This document shows, piece by piece, positions 40,330 to 53,499 of a stretch of 64,000 nt of DNA. The notes below the pieces were generated by a model. It was given only the letters and a program-made list of their open reading frames with translations. It was not told the origin of the DNA and did no database searches. Origin of the DNA: Tubiluchus corallicola (lineage: Eukaryota > Animalia > Priapulida); NCBI GenBank assembly GCA_030141605.1, contig JAQGDQ010000097.1, forward strand, positions 496,001 to 560,000, read 5' to 3'. Numbering within the stretch: position 1 is the stretch's first letter; every line of letters begins with the position of its first letter. A program made the position numbers and the translations under genes.

Positions 40330-43300
40330 TTAAGATGATAGGATTTTAATTAAGTTATATAATTTAGTTGTTTAATGAAAATTTTGTGTAATTGTATGAC
40401 ATTACGTATTTGTATTGTACAGTTAATTTTGTATAACGTATAACTACCATTGACGCTGGCACATACAGTATTATGTACTTTAGACGTTTGTTTTTCTATT
40501 TACCAAACGATTGCGCATTAATGCTCATACAAATAATTTTCAATGTTAGTGAAAAATTTATTGAAATACATAAGTTATCCCAAAACCATTTTGGATATGG
40601 ACAAAATGTTTATTCCTTAAAGTAACACTCGCGTTTTATTTATAATATATTATATTTACAGCGTCCCGCAGCCTCGACTTGATGAAAAAGAGACTTGTGG
40701 CAGGCAAAAGATATTAGGTTAACGTGACCTCATACTATTAACTAGTCTCCTCTTAAATGTTTTAGTTTTGCTTTTGTAAAGCAGCATTGTATATACATAT
40801 ATCCTTGTTTGTACATATTGTACGATGTTGAGACCATTGTATAGTTTATACGAAAACGGATAACATTTCATTTTTTAACATCTTCAGTTTCATTATTGTC
40901 AAAACCTGTGCACTGTCTGTTCATCTTGCGTAGCTCATAGATAAAATTTGTCTCACACATTTTTTTTAAATGGTGGTCGCCCCAAAGAATTCAAAAACTT
41001 ATTTAGAGTATGTTTCCTAAATAACGTTTATTTAATTTACGTTCCTCTTGCAGCTGCTGTGCTTGCCGATATAAATCATATAGTGCCGGACGATTTATTT
41101 GGAGCGAATATCTGCAATTTTCTGTGAACGTTTTGATGCTAGTATAGAATCTACATGCATTGCAGGCGTGTAAAATACATTGTGTAGGTCTCTATTACAG
41201 GCGAAGCCACATTTTTCAGTTTCTATTAATTTATTTTCATCATTTATTTAACATCTATTAAAATAGTTATGGTGCTATTACTAATGGTGCTATTTTTATA
41301 TAATAGCAATAATGATGTAATAATGGTTCACTAAACTCAAGTTGTGTAAATTGTATTTTACGGGAACAATTTAATAGTTAATAGTTTTTTAAATTGCACT
41401 ACACAAATTTCTCAATAGCGATCAAGAATTCGAACTTTGATCTAAATTTAAGCTACTTATATAACTTTTCTACTAGCTAACCGTTCCAATTGTTTTTAGG
41501 TTACGCCGAAGTCTACTTGCCTTCTACTTTTTGCTTAATGAAAGAAAAACTGTAGTTAATTGACTAATTATATTGTTTCAAACTACAGGTATTTCACTGT
41601 CGTTTGGAAGTCAATGTAACAGCCTATAATTATTATTCCTTATTATTCTTTTCTTATAAAAATTGGATAATGTAGGCGACAGTAGCCCTATTATCTGTAA
41701 CTACTTGCATACTATATATGCGCACCTTATATGGGGAAACATGCATGAGAACTAAAGTGCCAAACGAATATTGTCCTGTGACTTTTCGTTTGTTTGTTTG
41801 GGTAAAAAAGCTACAGTCTGATGTACCAAATTCTTATTAAGTCCTTAAATTTCTTATTGTTCTAGCATATTCAAGAATATAAGCTGATTTTTAAAATAAG
41901 CCAATGCTAATAATTAATAAAAAATTCACACTAAAACATGATGGTTTCTTTATGATGTTTTCTATTACTTGCATCAATTCTTGCTATTAAGAATTAGCCT
42001 CGTGTCATAAAACCAACATACTATAATTTACTGTCTCCGTATAAATAAATTTTACAGCAATGTATATAATTTTAAACATACGGAACAGCTTATTTAAATG
42101 CCTTTTCTATATTTTGCATATTGGTTATAATTATATGCTAGGACGACTGTGATTTCTAATGACGTCACTGATGATTTTTGTTATAACTAGCCAATCATCT
42201 AGCACATAAAAAACTCGCACTGTAGAAGACCTAGATTATCTGTTCTCTCATCTTCATTCCTCTCTTGGTAGCTGCCTGGCCCCATGGAATTAAAACAGGA
42301 GATAGCTATCAATGCCTGCACTCAGATCTAGTTCTGTCTTTCCCGAAGCCTTCTTGCATTTATCCACAGATGTTCTATCTGCCCCACAACACGTCCAGCG
42401 CACATGTTGCTTGCATACATGTATTTAGAAAAGCAACTGACTTCTGTTTGCATTGCAAACAGAAAATATTATAATTTAATTTGGCTAAATGAACACACCT
42501 GAAAAGTCTTGACATGATAACATTGAAGATGAGACGTAGACAAGACAAGTTGTGTGAATTTGAGTTTATGTTGTAAGGTAATGTGTGTGTTCCTTTGGTA
42601 TAAAACAGATCGAGATTCTTTACAAATGTAAATAATTATAACGAAAAATTTTAGAGTCTTTTTTTTAAATTTACAGAAGGTTTGTGCTTTTCTTTATAAT
42701 TCGACATTGTATTGCAAATCATTGTAACTTATTGCATGACATTTCATTATAATGCCTACAAGTATTTGTTAATGTTATAATATTATCTCCTTGTATAAAG
42801 ACTTTGGTTCGCTTATAATATTTTGTGAATATCTATGGTGAGAAATAAGTTTGTTGTAAATATTACTTGACAATCATTATAATGTATTCGAAGTTGCACA
42901 GTTATCGCCATTTTATTACTTGATTATCGGTTGTAAAGAATTGAACTAATAAACGCTTCTTTATGCTATATATATATTTCTGCGTTCAAATATCATTTCA
43001 TAAACTATCTAGTACGTTTTCTGACAGTCAGATGATTTGGCAAAAGAGGGAGTTTTTTGCTAAAAGAAGAAACATTTTTTTCGCTGACTGCGAGCAGTCA
43101 TCAATGGAATTGCTTCACTGTGATTAGAAAAAAAACTAAAATTAAATGAAAAATTGTCTTATTGTCTCATAAATGTATCTTATAAATAAATAAGAGAAAT
43201 GAAACTTATAAGGTGAAAGTTTCTAGCTAATATTATCATGCGAAAATAAAGCTGCAATACACCGTGATCGAGTGTAGAAACAATAATAAACTTTGTCATT

Positions 43301-43899
43301 ACCTATGCACACAAACTACACGGAGCCTTTTCCGGAATTTTTTCTATGAAAAAAATTTTCTTTTCGCGAGATCGGGCCAGCTGTCTTTCAACAAAGTTTT
43401 CTACTTTCAACTCAAACAAAATGTTAATTTGAAACACAATAGTTTAAAATGCGCAGTTAAATCCTGGATTTTACAGTTTGGCGAACTGCATAAAAGCAGT
43501 AAATTGATACCGTTGCTTTACAATAAATATGATGAATTGATAACATGGATATATCATTATTTTAATGTTGCCTCATTATTTTTTCTTTTCATAATTACGC
43601 CCACACATACTGGCATAACAAATAATTTTTAACCCCGTGTAGTAATTTTGTGTAATTTAAACACAGTACAAACGATGTCGCTAATTTTCGCTTTTAAAGA
43701 CTTTTAGCATTAAATTTACGTTCAATATGCGCAAGACTGAAACGCTTGACTTGGTAAGGTGTTCCGCAAGGTAGCGTTTTTTCGCCAAGCTTGTTGGGTG
43801 GCCGAGAAGCAGAGGCGCCGTGGTGCAATGCTCGGGGCAAGAGGAATCAGTCAAGGAGAATGAGTGACTCCACGACGTGGGCTTCCCTGCCAAGCTAAT

Positions 43900-43968
43900 T
43901 GGTTGCATTACCATCATTCACATGGTTGCATTACCATCATTCACATGGTTGCATTACCAGCATTCACA
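43900..43968. repeat. 23-bp tandem repeat x3
   Basis: tggttgcattaccatcattcaca. Confidence 0.9.
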
Positions 43969-44539
43969 GCGATCTCTTCAAGAGAAATTACAACAGTGAA
44001 GTAATCGCTTTAGGCAGAAAAACGCGAAAGCCTTTGTTATTTAATACTTTAGTAATACTATTTAATACCAATCAATAAATAAGGAAATAAAACAGTATAT
44101 TTTAATTTAACTCTGTTGAACTCCAGGAAATTGAATTTCAAAGCGACGTTGTTTGTTTGTGATTATTTTACAGATGAGTGCTTGCAACGCATTTAACGCA
44201 ATTTAATTTTGACGTTTCAGTAATTTAATTTACAGATAAAAATTTCCCAGTATAATTAAGAGTTTTCTATAGCAAAATATTCTTCAATTTCATTGCGAAG
44301 GGCCATTCCTAGGTAATGAAGCAATGTGAATTCAATAAAATCAAAATTTGGATGTTTATACCAACGGCTGATGTCATTCAATGTCTAATAATTGACTGTA
44401 AGTGTGTATGCATTATAATGCTTTTGATTAGGTATTCAGATAGGATGTTGCCAAGCTTAACTTACAATGCATCATTGTTTGAGCCATTAAATTTCATTAG
44501 TAATGTGATTACTAACTTTACTTAAAATTGTGTTTGCAG

Positions 44540-44660
44540 ATAATAATACAAACAACAATAACGACGGTGTAGACGAGAACAACAACACCAACAACAGCAA
44601 CAGCAATAGGCAACAGCAACAGCAACAATAACGACAACGACCGCGATGATGATGACAACA
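44540..44660. repeat. Degenerate trinucleotide (AAC/AGC/GAT) repeat
   Basis: caacaacaccaacaacagcaacagc...gatgatgatgac. Confidence 0.75.
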
Positions 44661-45457
44661 AAATTAAAAATAGTAATTCTCTAACTATTGTTTTCAAAAT
44701 TTTCAGTTTTTGACGACGTCAGAAACATTGTGAACTAGTGCATACAAAATAATTCGATTAATTAAATGCGTAGGCTCAATGAATTCATTGACAAGCATTC
44801 AGCCTATTAGCTAAGTCCAATAATGAAAATGTATATGCAACTGAGTGCGCATTTCTCACTTTCAATGCCTCGTGAACTTCTCACGGTTTTATTGACACTT
44901 TCAAAGCTGAGAAAACATGTCACTCATAACTTATTGACCACCGACCAGCGCTCTCGGGACAGTGGAGTTCAACACGTTTAACGTGACAATAGTTGCAGTG
45001 CTGAAGCTTAGTTTGTAATGTAGTAGGCTTACCACTTGACTGACCCCTGCATAGCTCTCAGAGGTAGGTTATTCCCTCCAAGACAAATGCAGCATCGTAA
45101 AATTCAAGAAAAAACAGAAGCTGGCGACCAGCAAGTGAAATTTGAAACTGACTTTTGGAAATTTTTACCAACATTTCCCATACGTGTGTGTCATAAAAAC
45201 ATTTAAGACTGAATAAGTTCAGATCCAAATCCAATGTCCACAGTTGATATCCGATGTCCTTGACACGTTGACCGTCACCCTCCACCGTGACCGGTCACTA
45301 CACTACTTTCAAGACCCCTTCCTTGGGTGTCTAGCCCTTTCATATCTAGAAGATTCGTGTGTTTAGGCCTCTGCGTTTGCAAGTTAACAGGAATTAAAAA
45401 TGAAAATCTAATTATTACATTTTGGCTTCGGTCTCGCGACGTTAAATAATCCCAGTT

Positions 45458-45691
45458 CATAGGCGCGCGGGTCGATTTTTCCAAGGGGAGCTTCGCCACA
45501 TTTGCCCGAGAAATACAGCGCCAACCCGAAAGAAGCGCAGGTCAACGTCCAGTGGGAGTTGGAAATGGGAATTGCCTCATGGTGAAAAAAATGTTTTTAT
45601 CATTATTTGGCCGGTGCCCGAAAAATTTGGTGATTGCCCGAAAAAATGTCTCTACCGAAGCACCCCTCAGCCCCCGGCTCGTACGCCTATG
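45458..45691. mobile_element. hAT-type MITE (234 bp)
   Basis: Terminal inverted repeats CATAGGCG...CGCCTATG; near-identical 8-bp flanks tcccagtt / atccagtt; GC-rich interior. Confidence 0.8.
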
Positions 45692-47085
45692 ATCCAGTTT
45701 TAACATGTCTGAACTCTTACCGGAACTGTCTTCCCTACAAGTTTCGTGACTCTGTTCACTATAGTTTAAGAGTTACTCAATGTTAGGCATTTTGGGTCGT
45801 ATCTCACCACCTAAATGCATATGAAATAAACTTTGAATTTAACTCAAACTTTAGTGGGCATTGAATGGTAATCGAAAAATTGACCGATGTCCAAGGTCAT
45901 CCTTCACAACCCATTTTCAACGTTCCTACCGCGGATGTCTACCACTGCTAGTTTCTTAACTATAGCCTTTTTCGTATGCAGGTTAACGTGAATTAGAATG
46001 TTGAAAATTATATAAAAACACAGGCGTTCTAAAAATAAACAGATAACCTACTTTTAAGTTCATTTAGAAACGACAGTTTTGTTTGTTCAAGTTTTTATTT
46101 GTTTGCAAGTGACACTGTATTAATAACTAATGTCACTAATTTGCGTATTCTGAGATAAACCCAACTTAAAACGTCAGTTTATCAATTTAGATAAACAGAA
46201 TAAACATACATTTTCGTAATGAGCTTACGTCACCGACGGGCAGGCCTAAATATCTATACCCTCATCTGGTCATTTTTTGCTAAAACTAAATTATAGCTCT
46301 ATTAATACCGTACAAGCTGCTATGTTATCGAAACGGTGTGCTTCCTATCATAATTAATTGGCTACGCTTGCTTACTGTTTATAATGTACTACATATGGTT
46401 CTGTTAGTTTACATAAAGTGATTAACCTTACGTGCATTTACCGCAGAAACGAAGAAGCTTGACTTGCTGAACCAATTACGAAACCAGTATAATCAATACT
46501 TTTCAAATACCGATCAACAGAAAAAGTACCTACGCCAAAGGACGTGGCAAAATGCTTTAGAAAAATTATTCTCAAAAGATTTATTCCAGAATTTAAATAA
46601 TTTCACACTCAAATACCGTTTGGCAGAAAAAAGTAGCGATGCCTACGCATGTGTTTTTAATGCTAATGGTTTTCGGTAAAGCAATGTCGCGGGAAAAGAG
46701 CCTGCAGCTAAAAATTGTGGTTATTATAGTTCTTGTGAGCTTTTCAAAGAAAACACACAGGCATCTACTTAAAAACTTATGGATCACTGATACATTAAGA
46801 GCTGCACGTGTTCTCATGATTTCAACTTAAATTTAATATCGGCTGTAAACTGCACTAAGATTACTCTTTAGCAGCTAAAAATGCACATTTTTCATAGTCG
46901 TACAAAGGGTGGTGGTGGGGTGGCAACACTCCTGGGGCAAAAGAACTGTACACATTCATTGCAAATAATTACAATTTAAAACTTAAACATGAAGATTTCA
47001 ATATTCATTAATTGCTTACGTACTGCACCACCTCTTTTACTGGACGGGGCAATAGAAGGATGACATTACTTTTATTTCTGTCGTC

Positions 47086-47305
47086 GTCATGGTAACCAGC
47101 AGAGACTCTGCTTTCTTTTCCACTGTCATGGTGATCAGCAGAGAACTCTGCCTTCCAAGTCTGTTGTCATGGTGATCAGCAGAGAACTCCGCCTTCCCAG
47201 TCCGTTGTCATGGTGATCAGCAGAGAACACTGCTTTCCAAGTCCGTTGTCATGATGATCAGCAGAGAACTCTGTCTTCTCAGTCCGTTGTCCTGGCAACA
47301 GAATT
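47086..47305. repeat. ~41-bp minisatellite, ~5 copies
   Basis: gtcatggtgatcagcagagaactctgccttccaagtccgtt units. Confidence 0.93.
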
Positions 47306-49265
47306 CCTAACAGTCGTTTGCTGAACGTAATCTGTTGCTAGACCAATGTGGATGTATTTCCTTGTATGTAGGGGACAGTATAACAAAACGATGAAATAAT
47401 TTTCTGTCCGTATTTAGTGGTATTGTAACGACGGCAAAATGCCGTTTACTGTCACTCCGTCGCTTTACGAAGTCATAATTTAGATATTGCATACTGGCGT
47501 CTAGAAATGTGATGTTATGGTTCCAGTGATCTACTGGCGAAAGGGCAGGTGTACTTTCCAGTTCAGCACCTGTCCCGTAATCGCAATCAGTATGAGGAAC
47601 ATGACAGCGAAATCTAGCTGTTTGTTTCTATAAATTTCCTACTTTTAATTCGACACTACTCTTTATAAAGTACAACAATCCATTATTGACTTCTTGGTCG
47701 CCGTCATAATAGTGAAAATAGTGAATTTTGAAAATAGTCAAACTAAACGGAACAATAATGAAATAAAAAAATACCATTTATATATGTCAATAAGCTATAA
47801 TGTATATAGTTTATTGCCAAAATTCATATTTTCTACAACCAAGTGATATAGCAAAAACATAACATATAAAACAATTTGTCCAGGGACAAGCAAGACGCAT
47901 CATTACATGAAATGTATTTTTAGTGCGATATTAATTACAATCGTGAATATTTGCAGAAGTTGAAAATTATTAAGTTAAAGATTATTATTTCTGCAAAATT
48001 TAGCAAGTTTACGGAAATATTTGGCTATATTTGTGATGAGCTGTGTCATAAAAGAAAGTGATATCATGAATGGGATCATCAAAAGTTCATTTTATTTGTA
48101 CACTGCATCTCACAATTATCATTAAAATACAGATTATTATCAATTAAAGTAAATATAAATACAAATGCAATATAGCCCAGAAATTACAAAAAAAAAGAGT
48201 CTGTAGCAGCTAGCATATATGCGTACAAATTACATTACACAATAATTTTGATGCATACAGTTTGAGCCTAAAAGCATAACTTGATAGGCTAAACTGCACG
48301 TTCAAACCTTAAAGAAAGGATTAATAATTGAGATAATGATGATATATACATAGATGTGGGGGGAGGGAGGGAGAGAAGTGAATGAAAGATGAAATGGAGC
48401 GAGAACTAATCATGATCATTATTTTCGGGAAATTCTATAACCGCATGAGTAAGAGTAACAGCATTCAAATCACAAAACTGACATATTCTGTTTTCCCGTT
48501 TGGTCCTGCTGCACCTGCCAGTCTCAATTCGTAGGTAGTGGTTTCTTACTCTGAAACTTGAAAGAATTATTCTGTAATGTTCCAAAAGAATGCTGTCATC
48601 ATAAAGTAAGGAGGTTTGATCAGCTCGGGGTTTATACTACAATATACAAGCTCTTGGAATAGCAGAGTTTATTAGCAGTTCTTGGAGTAGCAGAGTATCT
48701 TATACTACAAAGTGGTTGCAAAATTATTTGCACCAATCTTCATTAAATTAGGCTACACCTGCCCACACGTTGGTAAAGCTTGAGTCAGTAACTTCCAGAA
48801 AGTCGCGAGAAATTCATTTTTTTCATACAGTACAATTTATATGAATAAGTAATAATACAAAAATAAAAAAATATCACAATTGTTTCTATACAAGTGCACT
48901 CTCGAGTGCAAAGAAGTGCCACATCACGGAGATTTCGGATTCTACTAAGATTGAGATTGGTGAAAAGAAACATTTCTTCTATAGGGTGTAATTGTGTCAT
49001 GACTTATGAAGTTCAGCAAAACTTTTTTCTTAAGGTTTAAACAACATTTGCATTACGCCGAATTCTACGTTTAAATTAAACTCAGAATAAATTTAATTTC
49101 CAGTACTGATTCTGCTAGTCTTAGATCTAAGCAAACAGTCAAGCTAACAGCTACTGACGCCGTGGATGCTGTCACCATAGTAACTGCTACTCATAGAAAC
49201 ACAAAATGTAGAAACATGATTTTCTCTGACATTTTATCCCATTTTGGCAATTTTTTCAAACCATA

Positions 49266-49404
49266 ATGAATTTTTGGCTTATTTGGTGTACGATATTGCC
49301 TCACCAGTTAATTAATGCGGTCAACATCAACTCGTCAAAATGGATGGAATTACTACCAAATGTTGTAACAGACAAAGTTCCACTTCATGAACTAGCTATA
49401 CCAG
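49266..49404 (+). CDS. PI-PLC X-domain protein (PLCXD-like), exon 1
   Basis: MNFWLIWCTILPHQLINAVNINSSKWMELLPNVVTDKVPLHELAIPG; WM..LP...PL..LAIPG is the PLCXD N-terminal motif; donor g|gtatat. Confidence 0.85.
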
Positions 49405-49946
49405 GTATATCGTTTTACATATTTATTTTCTTTTGAACTATAAAATATTTGCGTTTTTAAATTGGCTTGCGCAAAAGTCTAAGCGCATAAACATTTTCTA
49501 TTATTATATTTAACTCTAATTTTGAAAGCTTAAGCTTATGCAGGTTCCACAACTTAATTGAAAATATTTTTGTACGGATGAGTAGTGTATTGCGTTGTTT
49601 TCCGGCCTTTGTAACCATTTTTGTGTAGTCGTCACTAATCTAAATGTCAATAGTCTTGTAGTAGGAACAAATTAGCGCATTATACATTACAGACCTATAG
49701 AGAATTTCAACAACATAGGCCTTCATATGGAGAAAGTTGGGTGTCTATCTTACTATAGTGGAATAGTATAAACTTGACCTTTTGACAGTTTTGTAGCCAA
49801 GAAAGAGTTAATTAATATTATAATCTAAAGTGCTAACAAGCAATATGGCATCTCATTATTATATTAGTTTTTTACCACTTATTGTTGGAATAACAACATC
49901 TGTTCCAGTGTGATAACGTTTTTAATTGTAGTTTCTTCTCATTTAG

Positions 49947-50047
49947 GTTCACATAACTCGTTCACGTATCCATTCACCAGTAGAACTCGCCTGGGACCAG
50001 ATGATTGCTTATTAGAAGAATATTTGTTTGGCAAGCGTATCCTAGTG
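49947..50047 (+). CDS. PI-PLC X-domain protein (PLCXD-like), exon 2
   Basis: atttag acceptor; GSHNSFTY (first catalytic His)...LGPD; donor gtg|gttaga (3' boundary slightly uncertain). Confidence 0.85.
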
Positions 50048-50698
50048 GTTAGAAAGTATTGTTATTCTTAGTTGCACAATGTAGAAGAGACAAAAACTCA
50101 TTCAGAGTTATAGATTTTTCATACCTCAGTTACCAGTATTTTCTACAAAATCATTGTCTCACCGAAAAAGGAAACTGTTAGAAATATTAGAAATACTAAT
50201 AGATCATTCTACTGATCAACAAAGTCATTTTTAATGTGTTTGGAAAAATTACAAGTTTGGTATTAATAGTTAAAGTCATCATTATTTCCACCGAGTATTG
50301 ATCCAACTCCTTTCAGTTTTATGTGCAGAACAGCTCCAATGTGTTTCTTGTTGCAGTATTTTAACCATTTTTGAGCTATCAGAAGCCTGCCAGGCGACAC
50401 AAAAAACGCTTAGGCTGTCTTGCGAAAACACTATCTTTATCTACTAAATACTGAAAAGGACAATTGTCTAAGCAATGGTCAGCCATTGCTATGATACTGT
50501 TGCTCTAAAGAAATCAAGTGCTACATTCTAGCTTCGTCCACAAAAATGTCTTCTGTAAATTTTGCATAAATTCCCCTAGTAAAAAATCAACAAATGGTAT
50601 ATATGTGTGATTTTCGTGTGCTTAATCTTATGTTGCAATGGACTTTTTATCTGATTTGAACACCGTTTTAAAATGTAGTTATATTTATTGTTTTGCAG

Positions 50699-51610
50699 AG
50701 CTGGTGCAAATGTCAGGATGCGACCCCTACTGAGCAACTGACACGAGGCGTGCGCTACTTTGAAGGTAAAATTGGTTTCTCAGATAAGCAGCCACCAGCC
50801 CTTGATCAAAACGTTAATTTTACACACGGCCTTTTTGGTAAAAGTGTAATTGAGGTGATGCGCGAAATAAATTCGTTTTTGAAACTTCATCCGAAAGAAG
50901 TTGTGATTATTGAGTATACTAATTTTTACGGCATCGAATCACCAATGCATAATGACATCCTCCTTGCGGCTAAGCACCTATTTCAGGACTTATTAGTACC
51001 ACCGCCGTCACAAGGAAAATTTTATACTCTGAGGGACCTTTGGATGAATCGCCAGCAGGTCATTCTTATTTACCACCATCCTATGGCCCAAGCGAAAAAA
51101 TATGCTGACTTTGTCTGGCCAGGATCGTTTGTGGATCGCACTGCAGTAAATGCAGTAGAAAAATTGAAAGCTGCTCATATAGACATACGAAGATTGATGA
51201 ACAACCTGAAAACAATCTATGCTGACTGGCCAAGATCAAAGGATAAATTTCAAATTACTCCAGCTTATCTGCCAGCTCGGACAGTCGACCGAAACACGCT
51301 TGTAAAGAAGGCGAAAGGAGGGGACATTAACGTTAAAGAAGTGTACGGCGGCAATATGAATAAACATGTCGCTGAGTGGTTTAACACAGGCAAAGTTTCA
51401 GCAGGAAGTATATATATCAATATTATAACAATGGATTATATGCATCTTAGTGGACTGATTGAAGCTACAGTAAGTCTGAATTATCTAGCCCGGGAGGAAA
51501 GAACATTAAAAACAAGAGATATTTCTGGTACAAGTAAGACAACACCTGACCAAGTCAAGATCGTGAGGTTTGTGATTTTGGTGTTGCTTCTTGCAATTTC
51601 TTTTTATTAG
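50699..51610 (+). CDS. PI-PLC X-domain protein (PLCXD-like), exon 3
   Basis: ttttgcag acceptor; EQLTRGVRYF, FTHGL (second His), FLKLHPKEVVII, NIITMDY; hydrophobic C-terminus; full protein ~383 aa. Confidence 0.9.
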   Translation, partial: SWCKCQDATPTEQLTRGVRYFEGKIGFSDKQPPALDQNVNFTHGLFGKSVIEVMREINSFLKLHPKEVVIIEYTNFYGIESPMHNDILLAAKHLFQDLLVPPPSQGKFYTLRDLWMNRQQVILIYHHPMAQAKKYADFVWPGSFVDRTAVNAVEKLKAAHIDIRRLMNNLKTIYADWPRSKDKFQITPAYLPARTVDRNTLVKKAKGGDINVKEVYGGNMNKHVAEWFNTGKVSAGSIYINIITMDYMHLSGLIEATVSLNYLAREERTLKTRDISGTSKTTPDQVKIVRFVILVLLLAISFY

Positions 51611-51777
51611 TCATCAACTGGAAAAAGTGCAGTAAGACAACAGTAAAACTATAGTCTGCACTGGTAGCAAAATATGCTGATCGCTAAAAACTACTTCTTT
51701 TGTGTGCTCTTAATCATTTTCAGCGGTGCCGGTATTTTCGATACTACATTGTCATTTAAAAACACCAGTAGTCTTCT

Positions 51778-52100
51778 TTAACCCTTTCATACCCGCTGTA
51801 TCCCGTGGGATACGAGAATATTTTCTGCCTTTAAAATTAATAAAATTTTAAAACTGACAGTTATTTGATCTGTTAATAGTTATTTTTATTTAAGCCAATA
51901 ACAATAGACTAAAAATGGTGATATAATGGCAAACTAGAAAATCTACATAGCATAAAAAACTGCGCAAGGTGCAGTACTTTAGAGACGACTTTGTACAGAT
52001 CAGCATAGCATGCATACTAAATGTCTTAAATACAGCAGTTGCAAAATGAAGAGCATTTCATGCTTCCATTGAATCCCAATGTATCCCCTAGGATGCAGGC
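51778..52100 (+). mobile_element. piggyBac-like element left end
   Basis: TTAA|CCCTTT terminus followed by palindromic gtatcccgtgggatac; related tgtatcccctaggatgc at ~52080; no right end found. Confidence 0.45.
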
Positions 52101-53499
52101 TATATTTAGCACACGGACACAGGTAGAAAAAATAGCTAGAACGCGTCAGCATAAATAATGACAGTCTGACTACTGCTGCTCAAGACAACTCACCTACCCA
52201 CACAGGTGAAAAAGCAATAAAGCAAAGTCAAACAAATTTCCTCCTAATACAAAGAGGCTGCACAGGCACTATTTAACAGAAACATTGAGAAGTCTTCATG
52301 ATAACAGCAAACTTTGACTAGGCACTTTCTAATATGAGCAGCCAATAGCATTGTCTGTGTCTGGGAATTCAGGCAGCAACGAAAAGGTGTTTCCATGATG
52401 CGGCCCCTCACAAGACCTCAGCATTCTGATTTACAAGCATAATTTACATGAACGAGATACAACAGAGTTACCGAATTCCTTTTGAACTCATTCGTGAGTG
52501 CTTTGAAGAACACTTAAGGAACTGATATTATCACGTGAAACGTTAGAGTATAGACCTTTGTTGGGGTCCTAGTAACCTGACTCATTTAAAAAAAGCAAAT
52601 AACTAACTGTACCGTAAAACTGTTTGGGTATAAGCAATACCCAAGTCAATAGCCTGTAATATTATGCTGTCAACTATACTGTAAGCACCCTTTTCTGATT
52701 TTTCCCGGAGGAACATGAATAAACATTTGATTCCTTAGAAGGACTTCTTAGGATTTATCAAATCAGCTCAAAAATGATACGTATACCAAGTATCCATATA
52801 CCAAGGAAGAAAAGCATTAGCTAATAAAATTTCTCAAACTGAATAAGGCATGAGCTCGAAGGACTGGAGCTGATCAAAGGCAGGACCTTAGCGGTGCTAA
52901 GGTCAAAGTTCACAGCCAGCTCATACATAAGTTAGTTGGTGTGTATGAGTAAAACGTTACGTCACATACGAGAACGACTTTTCCTCGTTTTCTGTTTCAG
53001 TATAACTATTGTAAAACACACAGGTTCAAGCCATGTTTTAAAACGTTATGATTTTTGTGTTTTTTTAGTTTTTTTCAGGAGAAAGTAGTTATTTAGTCCA
53101 GTTAAAATTGACAACAACTAATAAATAAATGTGTTTTCTGTCGCGAATCGTTAATTCATTAATTAACTGGCGAGATTAAGAATTAAACAACATGAAGAAA
53201 TTAAATTTATTAGCAAGAAAACAAGAACAGCAAACCGCAGGAGTGAACACAAATGCAAATGCGGCAATTTATTACACTAAGTGAGCAAATAAATTTAATG
53301 TTTTTTAACTGTTACTGACCACTTGTCTTAAAACTTGAATACATATCTTTTCTCTACCTTGTTAGGTAGCGTTTGAAGCATAATTATAAATCTGGACATA
53401 ATAATACAAATGTATTTAATTAATATCCAAACATGTTGGGTCATAGATGTACTAAGTGAAGCATCATCCAACACGAGAAATCCCTTCAAGTGAACTCCT

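Noticed and set aside
10288-47305. Tandem arrays (29, 63, 76 and 41 bp) as CRISPR-like arrays
   Set aside because: Units are head-to-tail with no unique spacers, there are no cas genes, and the context is eukaryotic with spliced genes
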